Below, in pieces: positions 13,875-28,400 of a stretch of 64,000 bases of DNA. A model generated the notes under the pieces. The model did not search any database. It saw nothing but the letters and a program-made list of their open reading frames with translations, and was not told where the DNA came from. The stretch covers positions 24,072,628-24,136,627 of the forward strand of contig OZ037767.1 of assembly GCA_964035545.1 (NCBI GenBank), read 5' to 3'. The position numbers were made by a program, and so were the translations under genes. The first letter of the stretch is position 1; the number at the start of each line of letters is the position of its first letter. This DNA is from Bugula neritina. Taxonomy: Eukaryota > Animalia > Bryozoa.

Positions 13875-16487
13875 ACACTACTTTGAATGAGCAGCGTTTT
13901 CAGCAGTATCTGTGATATATCTAATTTTATTGGCTTAGCCCCATACTTGGTGTTATTAACTTAAGTTGTCTAATAGTTATGGTAATAATGTAACCAGGTA
14001 AGATTAGAATATGTAGTGGGGCAGTTCCAGGCATAGAGCCACTAATTACCATTGTTATACAATTTGTACCACAAAATTTGAATTTAGTTCATCAATCTAT
14101 CAATATAATTTATTTTTCCTTTTGGGAAATTTGAAGTTGAATATACAATCTTTTGATACATTCAGTTGGTCAAGTTTTAGTAGTAGTTTCAGTAGTACCA
14201 TTTTAATCATAGTTATGCTATGCTTTTTAGAATTCAACTCTATAACCATGTTTTGTGATGTTATTACTTGTAGGCTTTTTAAATATAGCTCTGTCCAATA
14301 ATAACACCCGATACTTTTATTGCTGCTCTACGTGTTTTTATTGCAACACTATCTGCATATTTTCAATAGCTGTAGTAGGTAATACATCCTGGGAGTCACG
14401 TGACCTTTTAGCACCCACAAGAATATAGCATCAATTATTGTTTTATTTTATAAAAAAAAACTTTTGATAACAATATAACATTTTGTAAAATAGTATTATT
14501 AGCCAAAAATACTTGAAGCTAATCTCATTCAGTGCGGGTGGTATTTCGTTAGCATAAAACATCCCTTTGATAATTTATTTGATAATTGGTGTTTGCTGCT
14601 AGAGGCAAGGGACTATGTACATCCAGTGTTCACTACATTTAACATGGTTAAAATATGTTTAACGAATAATTATTTAGAAAATATTTCTTTCTAATGAGCT
14701 GCGTGTGTATTTTATAAAAATATTTGATAAACAAGGTTAAAGAAGTAAGAAATTAGACTAGCAGTAAAGAAAACCCATTTAAATTTCCAATCTAATTTGA
14801 ACCATCCATCATTTAAGTCAACACTGCTGTCAGTTATATCAAACCAGAGCAACTCTCAAGTCCAACTTGTCACTTAAGAAGCAAGTTTACAAAATGAAAT
14901 GTCAAAATTCTTGCTTTCCGTGTACAAAGATAACAGAAAACAAGAGAATTGGTAGATCATTGATGTAAAGATGCCAGTTGCACTGCTTTAAGCTTGTTTA
15001 ACAAATAAGGCCTTCCACAGAAGGCATCTTGAATAAATAAAAAGCTACAGCAAGGGGTGTGAGAACCCCTTGCTGCAGCTTCATTTTGATTGAGTAAAAT
15101 TCGAAACAACAGTTAAGTAATATGAAGAGACCTCAGAACTTAATAGCTTCTTACCTGCAATGAACATACTGCACCAATCATGAATAGTTATACAAATCAA
15201 TAGCCAATCATAAATGAGTTGGTCATGAATGATTGTACCAGCCAACCAGACTGCATAGAGTCTGAAGAGATGGTTGCTAACGTTCTGGTATCTAATCATA
15301 TTAATTCAACTGATGTAACGCATTTAATACTCATTCAAATCGAAACGAAAGCTGGAGGTGAGGGAGCGGTAAACACATTGTAATATAAACCCTGTCAGTC
15401 TCCAACATGTCAGGCTGACAAACTAGCCAATCAAAACAAAGTAGATTGCATGCTGCAAGACAGTTGGTAGAAACTGATCGGGCAGCCATTCAATACAGCA
15501 GAGTTTGTGATGGCGAGTTGTAAAGGTTAATATAGAATTGTGTTTGCAGCACCACATACCCCCTATCACCCTAGATCAATCGGCGACTAACGCAAGTTGC
15601 AGATTGACGCAGGGCAGGAGTGAAATACTGCATTTGACCTTGACCCAAGAGCATACAAGCCCCAGCTCCAACATGTCAGCTGGAGAGGCTAGCCATATCA
15701 CCCTAACTAACATTAAGGTTGTTGGCGTGACATGGAGCAAGCTACACTAGTACACTCTCGTTCAGCAATGAATATTACACTCCTTCTAACATTACCAGCA
15801 ATAGGGCTGGGCTGATTAAATAAAAATAATACTATATATATACATAACATAAAAAGTAGCTTTCAGCAGTAACTAATATAATTTAAATACAGAACTTTGA
15901 GCATTAGCAACCAAACCTCACAGGAGGGTGAAGTTGACTGAGTGGGGGACCTAAACAGGCCAGCCCAACATTGACGATGGTTTTCATTGTCTGTAAACTA
16001 TTCTACTCTGCCAGTAAACGGCTTCAATAAATATAATATATGTGTTGTATTTCATTGCATCAACGTCTTAACTAGAATGGTATGTACACTCAACATTGTC
16101 TCTACTATATACAGAGTAATGAACACTGGTTATGGGGCATCAACCCATACACTGAATGAGATTAGCCTAAAGCATAGGCTATCAAGCAAACCCCTTAGTG
16201 CATCATGTGAATTTGTACAGAGCTCATAGAGCTTGTGTAACGTGACTCTACAGTGCAGTGAGCCAACACTACACTGGTTAGACAACTCCTAACAGTGGTA
16301 GATCATGAAACACTGGTGATTGTCAATTCACATAAGCTAATACCACTCAACTTAATAAAAACAGACTAGAACAAGTGTCAACTAAACTTCACAATCACAA
16401 TGCTTCCGTGCAAAGAACTCTTTTAACCACTGTGACCATTCAGTGCTATTTCCAGTAAAATCAGATAACTTAAAATGGTACTAAAAC

Positions 16488-19400
16488 TTATTTGCTTAAT
16501 TTAGATATGACTCTAATAAGTGCTCCATTTTCTTCCTTTAATCGAGTATTATCTTGTTTCACGAGTTCCATTTTCTACAAACAACACAGAGATATGTACA
16601 GTTGATCACCTCACACACATTACGAACTGTATGCAAGCATGAAAAACAGAGTGGTAAATGAAGGTAGCCTCAGAACGTCCCATCGTCAGCACCTACGATG
16701 TTAGAGTCAGCATGTTGCCGTGATTTAACCGGAATAAACTCTATGCTAGCCACACAGACATATTTAGAATATTGCGATCAACCCTCACTAGTTTGATAAA
16801 AACCTCATCATAAGAGTACAAAACCATAAGTAACTGTACAACAATGAGCTAAAACGAGGAGGAAATAACTTCCATCAACAAAAAACAACCGCTTGAAACA
16901 CTCCAGAAATCCCAAGCATGTACGAAGCAAAACTAAGAAGAGCATCCCAAAGCTCAGAAGACAGCCATGAGAAACCCAAACAGTAAAAGCAAACAGCAGC
17001 CCCAACAAAAGGCAAGTGACGAAGTGGCCATCCAACAAGAACATATCTAAAATAAAACACCGAAAACAAGAACAGACTACATGCGAGAAGCCCCTCTACT
17101 TGGAACACACACCGAACTGATATAAACACCACAGACTCCGGTGAGTGCATGCACCACGACTAATGTGTCTCAGCACCAACCCTTACCTAGTCAGAGGAAG
17201 AGAGTTTAGCTACAACCCTAGTAAGAGCTCTATTCTCTTCTCTGAGCTTCTCATTCTCAGCCTCACACACTGAGTATTTCTACAACATTTACAGGACTAC
17301 TAACTCGGCACACGACTTGCCAAGTCAACATCAATCAACAGACTGCTAGGGGGCGTGGCAATGGACCAACGGCTGAACAGACAGACAGATGCTGGACTGA
17401 AGGCAGATCACCTCTCCACATGTTCATCTCATTGCATTACGAAGTGTCGAGCATATTTTATAGCTGATGTAGAAAACACTTGTTCGTGTAGAATTTTTCT
17501 TTGTAAAAAGAAATTGCAAGTTTCAAGTAAGATATGATGATTAATATACATGAACATATAATGTTGCTACTGTATGTGCACAGCCCTGATCTCTAGTAGA
17601 TTATACTCACTTTAACTTCCTCCTCCAGCTCCGAGACTCTTCTTTCTAAAGCTCGTTTCTCCTAAAACAGACCACAGAGCAGTGTATGACTTACAGCTAA
17701 CAATACTAACTACAGTGATGTCATGCATGGGAAGATAACACCTCTTTGAAGGTATAATAGTTACAGCGAAGTAATAGCATCAATTAGATGAAAAATAAAA
17801 TGAAAGATGTGTTACAAAAGTGGGCAATTCCAACTACGACTGCAGTTGTTACCACACAGCTGTAGAAGTATAATCAGGAGGAACTGTAGATTGGTTAGAA
17901 GCATTAGAACTGTGATACTGCGTATTATAATAGCATCGGATGCACACAACAGTTTGAGGAAGTTAATTGTGAGTGAGCCACGCCCAACACATCACCTATT
18001 CAAAGCGAACTTACGTCTAAGTCAAAACTATCCGTGTCCTATATGAGAGAGGCATGCAATTAGTATTCTAACTTAATTTAAGTTTGCCAACTGTTTTCGG
18101 AGTTGTGTATGCATAGAAATTGTGCTATACAAGTATAACAAGCTGTACAAGGGGCGTAAGCTATAATTGTGTATGATATACTGTGTTATTGAGAGTATAT
18201 ATAACGTTGCTACAGCATATTATTACCATCATAGTGTATTATTATTTTAGGCCAACATTGTATAAACTTTGCAATCAACTTGTCTCTCAGTGATTAGTAA
18301 AAGCAGCTGCAACAGACAGCTCTCACACTGTATCATAACATGATTTTATATTTCACTTTCTCAATTCCCTTTCTAGAATAAATGCCATCATCTCATCACA
18401 CATGAGGGTTATCTCCCTTTATTTTATATTGCTTTACATTTCAAAGCAACACCAATGTACAGTACAACCCAACAACATGTAATAGAACGCTATGCTGTAT
18501 ATAGTCAACAATCAACACCCAATGAAATGTATACCTTTTCTTACTGCACCTACTGCTCCACATCATGACGCAATAACCATGTCCTAACAGGTGGATAGAA
18601 GGAGGGGGGATAGAGTAGACTTACCCTCTTTTCTGAGAGAGACTCAGTGGTACTGCCACCTCTACTTCTACTGATACTACTACTAGATCTGGCCGTCTCT
18701 AACTCAGACTGCAACGACTTCACTTGACTTTTCAGCTTCTCATTCTCTGTCTTGCACTCCTCAAACAGCTACACCAGAAAAACAAGCTGCTATAGCATTG
18801 ACAGCGTAGATGTTATATAGAGGACAGTGTAGATATTATATAGATGACAGTGTAGATATTACATAGATAACAGTGTAGATATTATATAGATAACAGTGTA
18901 GATATTATATAGATAACAGTGTAGATATTATATAGATGACAGTGTAGATATTATATAGATAACAGTGTAGATATTATATAGATAACAGTGTAGATATTAT
19001 ATAGAGGACAGTGTAGATGTTATATAGACGACAGTGTACACATTATAAAGTCCTACCACCAAACATTATCATAGTTAAACATTTTGACTTACAGTATTAC
19101 TTAAAAAAATATGTTACCTTTTTATAATCAACATCTGAGTTGGGTTCAAGAGCGGTCCCGGTAGACGGGGGCCTCCTATACCGTCCCGTGTATGATGACC
19201 TGTCCCCCTTATCCCCAGTTCCACCAGAAGACATCTGTGACGGAACGTCTGAGGCTGAGCCATACCTCCGGCTGGTGAACGGTCGGGAAGAATTCTACAA
19301 AACCCAGACACCATGTAAACTACTATGTAGATGCACATGTACCACATAATGTACCTGCACACATGTATACACACACCTACACACATGTATGTATTATTGT

Positions 19401-22400
19401 GCACACACAAGTTATGCTACATACACACATAACCTCACATGTAACACCACCATGTATGCACACTGGACAGTCAAATGACCAAGTAGATCTTAGTTGATCA
19501 CAGAATATAATGGTTAGAAGATCACTTTAAAGTAAAGGTGTGTAGGAAGATGCAGTGAAGCTAATTGTGACAGGATCAGCTAGTCACAGCTAATGGGTGG
19601 TGGAGAACCCTCCCCACCTCAACAATTGTTAGAATTTGTACTAATATGAAATTTTACAACACCCTAACACAATTCTGCACATCGTAAGCCATGCTATGTT
19701 AGTATAGCGGAGATACATTTCAATAAAGATAAAAATCAGTGCTTCTAAATTTCTCTTGTGTTTTGCTTTAGTTATCTTCAACAATGTGTGTTTATTGTAC
19801 AACCGGCTGGTACTTTCCATCATTTTCATACACTCACTGAGTATAGTATTACATTATTTCAATTATGCTTTTACATTGAACAGAAACTTGCATGTAAAGT
19901 GATTTTCTTCTTGAACTATTTTAATGGTTAGTCTATTTCAAATATGAAGTTACTAGCGTGATGTAGCAGGTGACAGCTGTGGATACAGTTTGCTATGTAG
20001 ACTACAACATAATAGGCTACACCTTTCCTATTACTTGACCTATGTGCACACACTCTGCATTATAGTACAGAGCATACCCTGCACAACATACTAACACAGC
20101 TATAGATGCATTAGTTATTAGTGTACAAGACTGCTGAAGCACATAAACAGCATTTTCTTACCTAATTAGGAAACTAATTAGACATTCAATACTATCCGAG
20201 AAGTAAGGACTGTATTAATTCCTACTAATATACCTGCAGCTTGGTATTCTATATAGGTGTATCACCTTTAACATTTGCATACACTAGTGAATGGGGCTAC
20301 CAAAGAAGGTTCACAATTCTACATCTTCACATGGGCAAAACTCATAGTACTTGGAAAACCTTTCAACGATGCATACCTCCCCCTATAGCTAATAGAGCAA
20401 CAAATTTGCATCTGAATCAGGTTACAAAAACATAGCTGAGAGCAATAAAGGAAGTGAGTACAACTAAACTGTGTGCAAATAGCTCACAGCCCAGAGTTGA
20501 GGGAAGAGATATATTATTGCAACTGCCCCCAGGATGGCCTCAACAACCAGTACTTAGTCACAACCTTATCACAGAGAGTGAGTAAGCAACAATTATTGTG
20601 GAGGTAAACCTTACATTGTCGTTACTTCGAGTAGCACTGGCTCCGCTAGCACCACTGAGAGCGCTGACGCCACTGGCGCTGCTGCCTATACTAGATATGC
20701 TGCTTACACTTCCAGACCTCTGTGAAGGAGACAGACCAGAAGAGTAGTGAGTTGGTGAATAGTTTGAGTTGTACGAAGAACCATAGCCTGAACTCCCACC
20801 GGAGTAAGGCGAGTATGACGAAGAGTAACGGGAGGGAGAGGCACGCTCCTTTCCCGAATAAGGGGTAGTTAGAGAATTAGGTGATGTATAACGCCCACTG
20901 TAATACGACATGTTGCAGGCCTTCGAAACTGAGTATCTGTCCAAATCTGTAGGTAGTTCAGTCAGCAGTTGCTGATGTAATCCGGAGAGACTTGATGTAA
21001 CAACACAAACTTGGTCTTTAAACTTCTTAGTTGAAAATGAAAACAGCTTTATCTAAGCAATGCAAACCAAAGGACTAGCAAAGAGTTACTGAGATGATGC
21101 AGCGCTTGAAGTACTTCCAATAAAGTGTTAGTAGGAGATCCTTATGAGAGATAAGATGAGCAATGGGAATATATATTGCGAGAACAACTTAGCAACTAGC
21201 CAATGAAAGTGAAGCTACAAAACAACTAGCGAATGAGAGGGAAGGTAAACAACAACTAGCAAATAGGAGAGGAATTACATTCCAATAGCACATGATGTAA
21301 ATAATGTTTCTTATCTGAAGGCTTGGTTAAGTGCAGTTTCAACATCTCGATAGAGTACTTTTACACAAGAGATTTGACATTTGCAATATGAGACAAAGAA
21401 GTTGGTACGGCAAAGGTTTGAAAGAGTAAATACATTTCACAGAAGCAGCCACTGAACAAGTAACATAACTACGAACAAATGTGCAGTACACTTGCCTTGA
21501 CTATAGTAACTTCATACTAAATTTCCAACAGCTAACTCTTGTAAAAAGGAGGTAAAAAGATGGCCACAACTCCATTTAACCCAATAAAGGTTGTACGCAG
21601 TACACAGTAAGGGATATGCAGCTCAATTAATAACATTGCCACACAGAAAGTGCATACTAAAGATTAGCAGTGCTGCTAATTACTAACAGTTAATTATTTA
21701 TATCTAGTAATGAAGATTGCAGTTTGCATTGAGCTAGCATTTCCACACTGAAACTACTACAGAAACACTGACTGAAGTCACTGAATATAGGCTTTAGAGT
21801 CTAAATATACACTAGAGTAGTAAAATAATTCATATATATATATTCAGTGATCAGGGAATTAAGTTTACAGAGAAAACATCTTCTTCCTGCTAAGTAGAAA
21901 CAAGTCAGCCTTGCAGTTAGTTAGTTCCTATATGCACAACTATCTCTACAGGACCATTCTTAAAGCACGCAGGCAGCAGCTGGTAGACTATATTGGCAGC
22001 AGACAGAAACCAAACTGTCAACTTGGGATATACAAGTAGTGAGCATGCTCAGACAGACAACTGCTGCAGCAGTAGACAGGAATGGAAGCAGCTTTTCCAT
22101 GAGTCAGTCAGACTGTAGGTTGATGTTCTCACAAACATAATAGAAAGTCAAATTAAACTACGTTGCACAATACACATACCCTAATGTTAATCACTCGAGC
22201 TATGTATTATATACAATAGAAGGAAGGTCTAATAGTTGCAGAAATAAATTGACTGTAGTCTAGTGCATAAACTAGTCCTTAGCTAAAACTGGGGGGAAGG
22301 GGGTGTAGTCTATCTCCCGATTGAAGATACCTAACACCTTGGCTATTTAGTGAGAAACATTACTATGTTTATGACTTCATATATTTAGATAAGAATATGT

Positions 22401-25400
22401 TGTAAGACATCATGAATATGCACATATCAGACACTTAACACACCCACTGATTCACACAGTATAATATACTGCTGTATAACAGTTACATTGGAATAATTAG
22501 TGAATTCCATCAACATAATATAAGTGAGTTATTTACAATCTACCCAAGGCATCACCAGCTCCATATTTACCATGTTTAGCCGAATGTTCTTTCTCTATAC
22601 GTTACAGTGTTATTTGTTTGATATTTACATCACAGTGCTTACAAGTGTTGGGGTGGAAGAGGTAGCTTAGTCCTTTGTCTTGTAATATTTGCATAAACAA
22701 AGGTGGGGCAACTCTAAATTTTATAGTAGTTCTATTAACACACACATTATAGTAGTTATGTTAACACACACACGCACACACATACACTGTAGTTGTTCTA
22801 GTAACTCACCCAGCCTGTGGTCAACATATTTGAGCTGTCAGTAGAAGTGCTGCTTGTATCCTCATTGTTTGCTGCCTCCGAAGTATCACAATCTTTGTCA
22901 TCGTCATTCTTATCCAAATCATTCTACATGAAATATGAGAAGTCAAGGGAGTTAAAAGAGTTAACAAGTCAAGCCCCAGTCAAGAGAGACAACTTCAGTA
23001 AACAGGTCATAGTGTACAGGAAAGAGTGAATAGAGAGGAGTTGGTGGCCGTCAATGTCATCTTGAGGCACATTCTTAGTCACGAAGATAGAAAACAAAAC
23101 GAAAACAACAAAACGTTTAAAGTGACAAACTATTTACCTGAAAATTATTGTTGTGAATATTCGTGTTAGCATCCTATCAACAAAATTCAAACACATCTGA
23201 TTTTACTTACACAAATATTGTGTTCTACGAAGTTGGCGAAGTAGACGAAAAGTGTTTACAGTATATTGATCGTATAATACTTTGCTGGGACTAGAGTTTA
23301 GATACAATTATAGAAATAAACAGTTAGCACCATACAAATTAAAAAATTCTACCAAAAATATTGTGTCCCATATACACTAGAGTTTGTACTCTAGACTCTA
23401 GAGCATTGGTACATAGTTCATAGGTCATACACATCTTTACTCCATAAACAAATAGCCAATGTTGGAGCATTCATCGCTCAAGCAATTATGTGACAGAAAT
23501 ACTGAAGACACCAAACCTTTACCTCATCAAAATGAATAACTCCCGTCGAACGTCGCTCCCGGCGGTTTCGCCGACTTCTTAGATTTCTAGATTTATTTCT
23601 CTCGCCACTTTCATCGTCTTCCTTCTGCTTGCTGTCCTCCACTCCCTCTGAAGGAACAAAATGTTTGACTTACCACATGGTATTCACATAATGGTTGAAA
23701 TACACATATTTTAGGTTCAACCAAGTCCAGAAGTGCTGGCAAATATATACTGTGACTGGTCCACATGGCATACATAAAGTCAGTAGTAGAGCCTCAAAGC
23801 TGTCCCAGGAGACTCATACATTATTATGACAATAATCTTGTGTAACCGAAAGTTTTTAATGAGATTATTGCAAATCTTTGAGACTGTCACTCTAGCACGG
23901 CTAGAAAGAGCAGTTATATAATAGTGAGCAGACACTTCCACAGCTGCATGATCCCGCATATATTGAACTTCTATATTCCAACAAAATAGGCGGCAACTTG
24001 AAATATCACAAGGGCAGTTAGGTAACACAACTCCTGTCTGTGGTGACATACTAGCTCAAACAGGTATTGATTTCACCAGAAGAACAAACTTGATCACCAG
24101 ACTTGATAAATAAGACAGCAACATTAAAAAAATATATACCCTTTCTTTCAACACCATTTCTGTCGCTGTTTCTCCAGCTGTACCGCTGCCTTTCTGGTCT
24201 ATCTTCTGTAATCTCGGTGCTGTTTCTTGAGTAACGGGGTGCTAAAAATAGAATTCCATTGGACTGTCATATCTCATGCTAAACCAACATTTTCAGACAA
24301 TATTGAAAAACTTCAACATACACCTGAGCATAGAACGTTGTTAAAACACGAAAATTGGTTAGGAAATTCCACTTGCTAATTACTGAATCAATAGTATAAT
24401 AACCTGAAGAGGCCAGTGTATCGGGTATAGAAGAAGACGAGTTGTTTGCTGAAATAATGGTGTCTCTAGCTTTACGAAATGATGACCTGGTCCCTTCATC
24501 CTGCAACATAACGGCAGCAATGATCAACTAAGTATAGCAGAAGACAAAGTAGACTTGCAGAAGGTAGAATAGAGTTGCAGAAGGACAAGTAGCATAGCAT
24601 AATCTTAGAGGTGCGATTGTAGAGTTGCAGATGAGAATAGAATTTCAGAAGACAAGTAGACAAGCACCTGACAAGTCATGCTGCAAAAGGAGAGAAAGAG
24701 AGGACAACTACGAGTATTGAAGTAAGTTGAGCTCCAGCAAGTATAGCATAAAAACAGTATGAACAACAGCGAAGTTCAGTGGCATAAAAATAGATAGCAA
24801 AAGATGTTTAGAGTTTCAGAAGATAGTAGAATAGTTGCAAAAGACAAATAGAGTTGCAGAAGGTAGAGTAAGGGTAGACACTACCCAGGTTTGTGCTATT
24901 ATACTATTTGCTGCCATATATTAGTACACTTAGTAAGAAATTAACCAGAAATACTTATACTATAAATTGGCACTACTTTTACAAGTTTCAATAACATCAA
25001 CTGAATCTAATAATTGATTCCGATATGCCAAAAAATATATAACTTCCATGAATAACATGTTATTTCCTAAGACAGCATTTGCATTGTGATATATACCAGC
25101 AGACAATTCAGGTATGAGATACCGAGTTATTACTTTATAGCTCAATGTTACATGACGACAAAATAACACGTCAGCAAAGTTAAACTCTTGCAGCACCAAC
25201 TTGCTTAGCAGCGTGGTGTCAGCACCTACCAGGCTGACCTAAAAAAGTCTAACTGTGGGCTTACTATGAGAGAATCGCTAGATGCAGCACAAAGTTTGGG
25301 GTCACTGAGTGTAGCATTTCAGTATCTAAACTCCATCCAAACTCAAGATTTCCCCCCCCCATCCACTGCACTCAGCGACAACCAACTTTTCGCTGCTTCA

Positions 25401-28400
25401 AGCGGTTTCCTTACTAAGAGATCATTTTACACTGCTAAGCAAGTTGGTGCAGCGAAAGTTCAAACACCACCTCAGGCAGTTATTTTCTTTATCTACCGTA
25501 TACATTGTTATACCTCAATCAAATCATTCTCAGATGTCAAAGTACTACTTAAGAGCATTCATCAAATCTTAAAATGTGAAAATCCAAGTTCTGTAGCCTT
25601 CAACCACACTCACACAAAATTATACAAAAACAAAATCTTATCAAGAAGTCTAAAGGAGGTAAAGTAAGAAGTGTGAAATCTATTCTATGTTTGTAACTCG
25701 TATATAACACTACACAGCGTGGTGAATCATTGGCAGTTAGTGCTGAAAAGGAATAGTAATCGTACACTACCAGGGAAAACTATATTTTGAATAGTTTAAG
25801 ATTTTTAATGTTAGTTGAGATTATCTGGAGTTAACGAGCCAGGAGCAAGCACCTACAGGCATCATGGAAATGCCAGAAACTGTAACCGCATGCAAATAAT
25901 TACCCAAGCGACTACAAACTAAGGGCTGACTAGCTATGAAAGCCTTGGTTCAAGAGTCAAGCACGGTGTGTGTATACCTGAGCCCTTGGGCTGTAGAGGG
26001 GTGAGCCAGGAGTCCAAGAACTCGGGCTCAATGGAGACGGAGGGTCATATGAGATAGACTACAAACAACATGTTCACATGTTCGAGTCTGTTCACGAAAC
26101 AACATGAACTGCACATGCAAATAGTCACCGCCAACTTCAGCTCCATCTTATGATGTTTCATCTGGTATGGATCTGGGGGCCTCGATTATTTTGAGTTTTC
26201 AAGTTTTATAATGACCATGAGGTAATGTTTAAACAATGAAAATATTATAGGGTCCGTATGATAGTGGCTCGAAAGAGAAAAATACCCTCTTAAAGCTAAA
26301 TTTTTCAATCTGGTAATTCTTTGCCAGAACAAACTGATTTACAGACACAAAGTGAGATCAGAATTAAAAAGTGTCCCTTTGAAATGTTAAAACTAATTTG
26401 ATTGGACAAGAAAATATAAGTTGTTGACAGTGAGCTAGCTAAGCACTAAATGCCACCCAACTCGAAATAAGCCACGAAACAAGCATTAATAAGACTGCAT
26501 TTAAGAATGCAAAACTCACACTTTGTACGTCATGCTTAAAAATAAAATCACAAATGGTTGGTTAGAAGAATTCACTCATAGAATTCAGTCAATGAGCCAA
26601 ACAATCAAATAAAATATTTGACAAACTCAAAGTCTTAGCATGCCCGATGTTAATCTAGACATCATTGAGAAAACAGGAAACGGTAAATTCGACTGTCCGT
26701 ACTTTTACTATGTCAAAGAAATAAACTCCTACTTTGAGCAAGTAACTATCCTAAAGTCTACCAAACAATTTGAAAAATTTTAAAATTGAAATTGGATAAT
26801 TTAAGAATAAAGGAAAGAGATATTTGAAATGATAATCTAAAATTACTATGGAAATATCAGAGCAAAAAATGTCCAAGTAAATTTACATCAATATTTTTAA
26901 AACGAACTAATGCATATTTTTGCCATATAACTACCATATTTTAGAGTTTTCTAATTTGCTATGTTTTATATATATGTTTAACGTAAAATTTAAGTACGCA
27001 CTCTTTGCCATGTTCTTCGTCTATTAGGCTCCTCTGACCTCGTTTCCTGCGAAACTGAGCTTTCTGATTGGCTACTGGTTGTGGCATCAGGTTTTGATTT
27101 GCTGGAAGCGTCTTGGGCTGCCATACCATTAGCGTCAGCACTCTTGAGTGTAGCTTCTGCGGCCTTGACATCGTCCTGGGTGACTCCCTGAAAGTTACCA
27201 AGAGTATGCATTGCAGCACCACAGAGACATTTAATAAAGCACGCATTGCAATACCACACTGACATCTAATATAGAGTATGCATTGCAGCACTGCATTGAC
27301 ATCACCTCTACACAGTCAAATACAATGTACTGCTGAAACAAATATACAACCAACCATCGCAGAAACAAGTTGCTCAATTAACATTGTCACACAACCGCTC
27401 TAACTCCCGAAATAAAGAACAGTTACCTGAGTGGAACGCCGCGTTTCTCTCGCCCTCTTAGCTTTCTTCTTCCGATTAGTCTCAGCCTCCTCGTCTCGTT
27501 TGGGAGCTTCAAACCGGCTGATTCTGCGGTCTGGAGTCTTCTCTGACTCACTCTCCGACTTAGCGAGTGGGGAGGAGGTGACGACGCTGTCGTTACTTGG
27601 TGAAGAGGAAGAACCAGATACTGTAGGCACCGGTGAGTTGGCAGCTTCTTTCTCTTCTTTCATCTATATAAATCACATTCCATTAAACACTGACTAGGAA
27701 TAAACGGGATATATGCAAAAACATTGTTTACTCAACCAAATTGAAGGTAATATACTATTATTAGTTAAGAATGTTCATGGAAGCAGAATAAGGTGGAGAC
27801 TATTGCTCAAACATTAAAAAGCAACCTGCTTGGCCTCAATTGAATATAAAAAAACGCAACCCAATAACCAATAAAATTTCTTGCAGAACATGGCTAGAAG
27901 CAGCACCGAGTAGGATGTGACAGAGTACATCATTGTTGTCCAAACTTAAAATCTCCAAGCAATGCACTCGGTGAACACCAACTCAGTGCTGCTTTTAGCA
28001 ATTTTCTTGCTTGGCACAGATAATAGCTTCAAAGACAAACTTTGGCTTCGCGCTCCATCTGCTGACGCCTGTAGTACGGGACGTAGTTTGACCGCCCCAC
28101 TAGTGGATACGAAGACCTGTCTGATGAGCTTTGATCTCTGAGAGCAGCGAATGGTCTCTTATCTCTCATCACTGCCCCGGCTGTAGAGGTTGTTGAAGAG
28201 GTGCCAGTGGCGACTGGGCTTGTGTCCTTGAAAAGGTCATAGAGAGAAACATTACAAGCTAAACTCAGGACAGAATGTTGGCAACTAGAAGGGGTGGGGT
28301 TGGGATTTCACACTGTATAGGCAGAAGGTAACAACAAATAAAAGCAATAAGCCAGGCACAGAGAAATATATAACAAGAATAAAACGATATTTTTACAAAG

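Noticed and set aside
18805-19045. CRISPR-like appearance of regular repeats
   Set aside because: Head-to-tail units without unique spacers, in a eukaryotic intron, with no cas genes.
25266-25667. 133-aa ORF inside a PPP1R12 intron
   Set aside because: No recognisable domain or splice context; probably a repeat remnant or chance.
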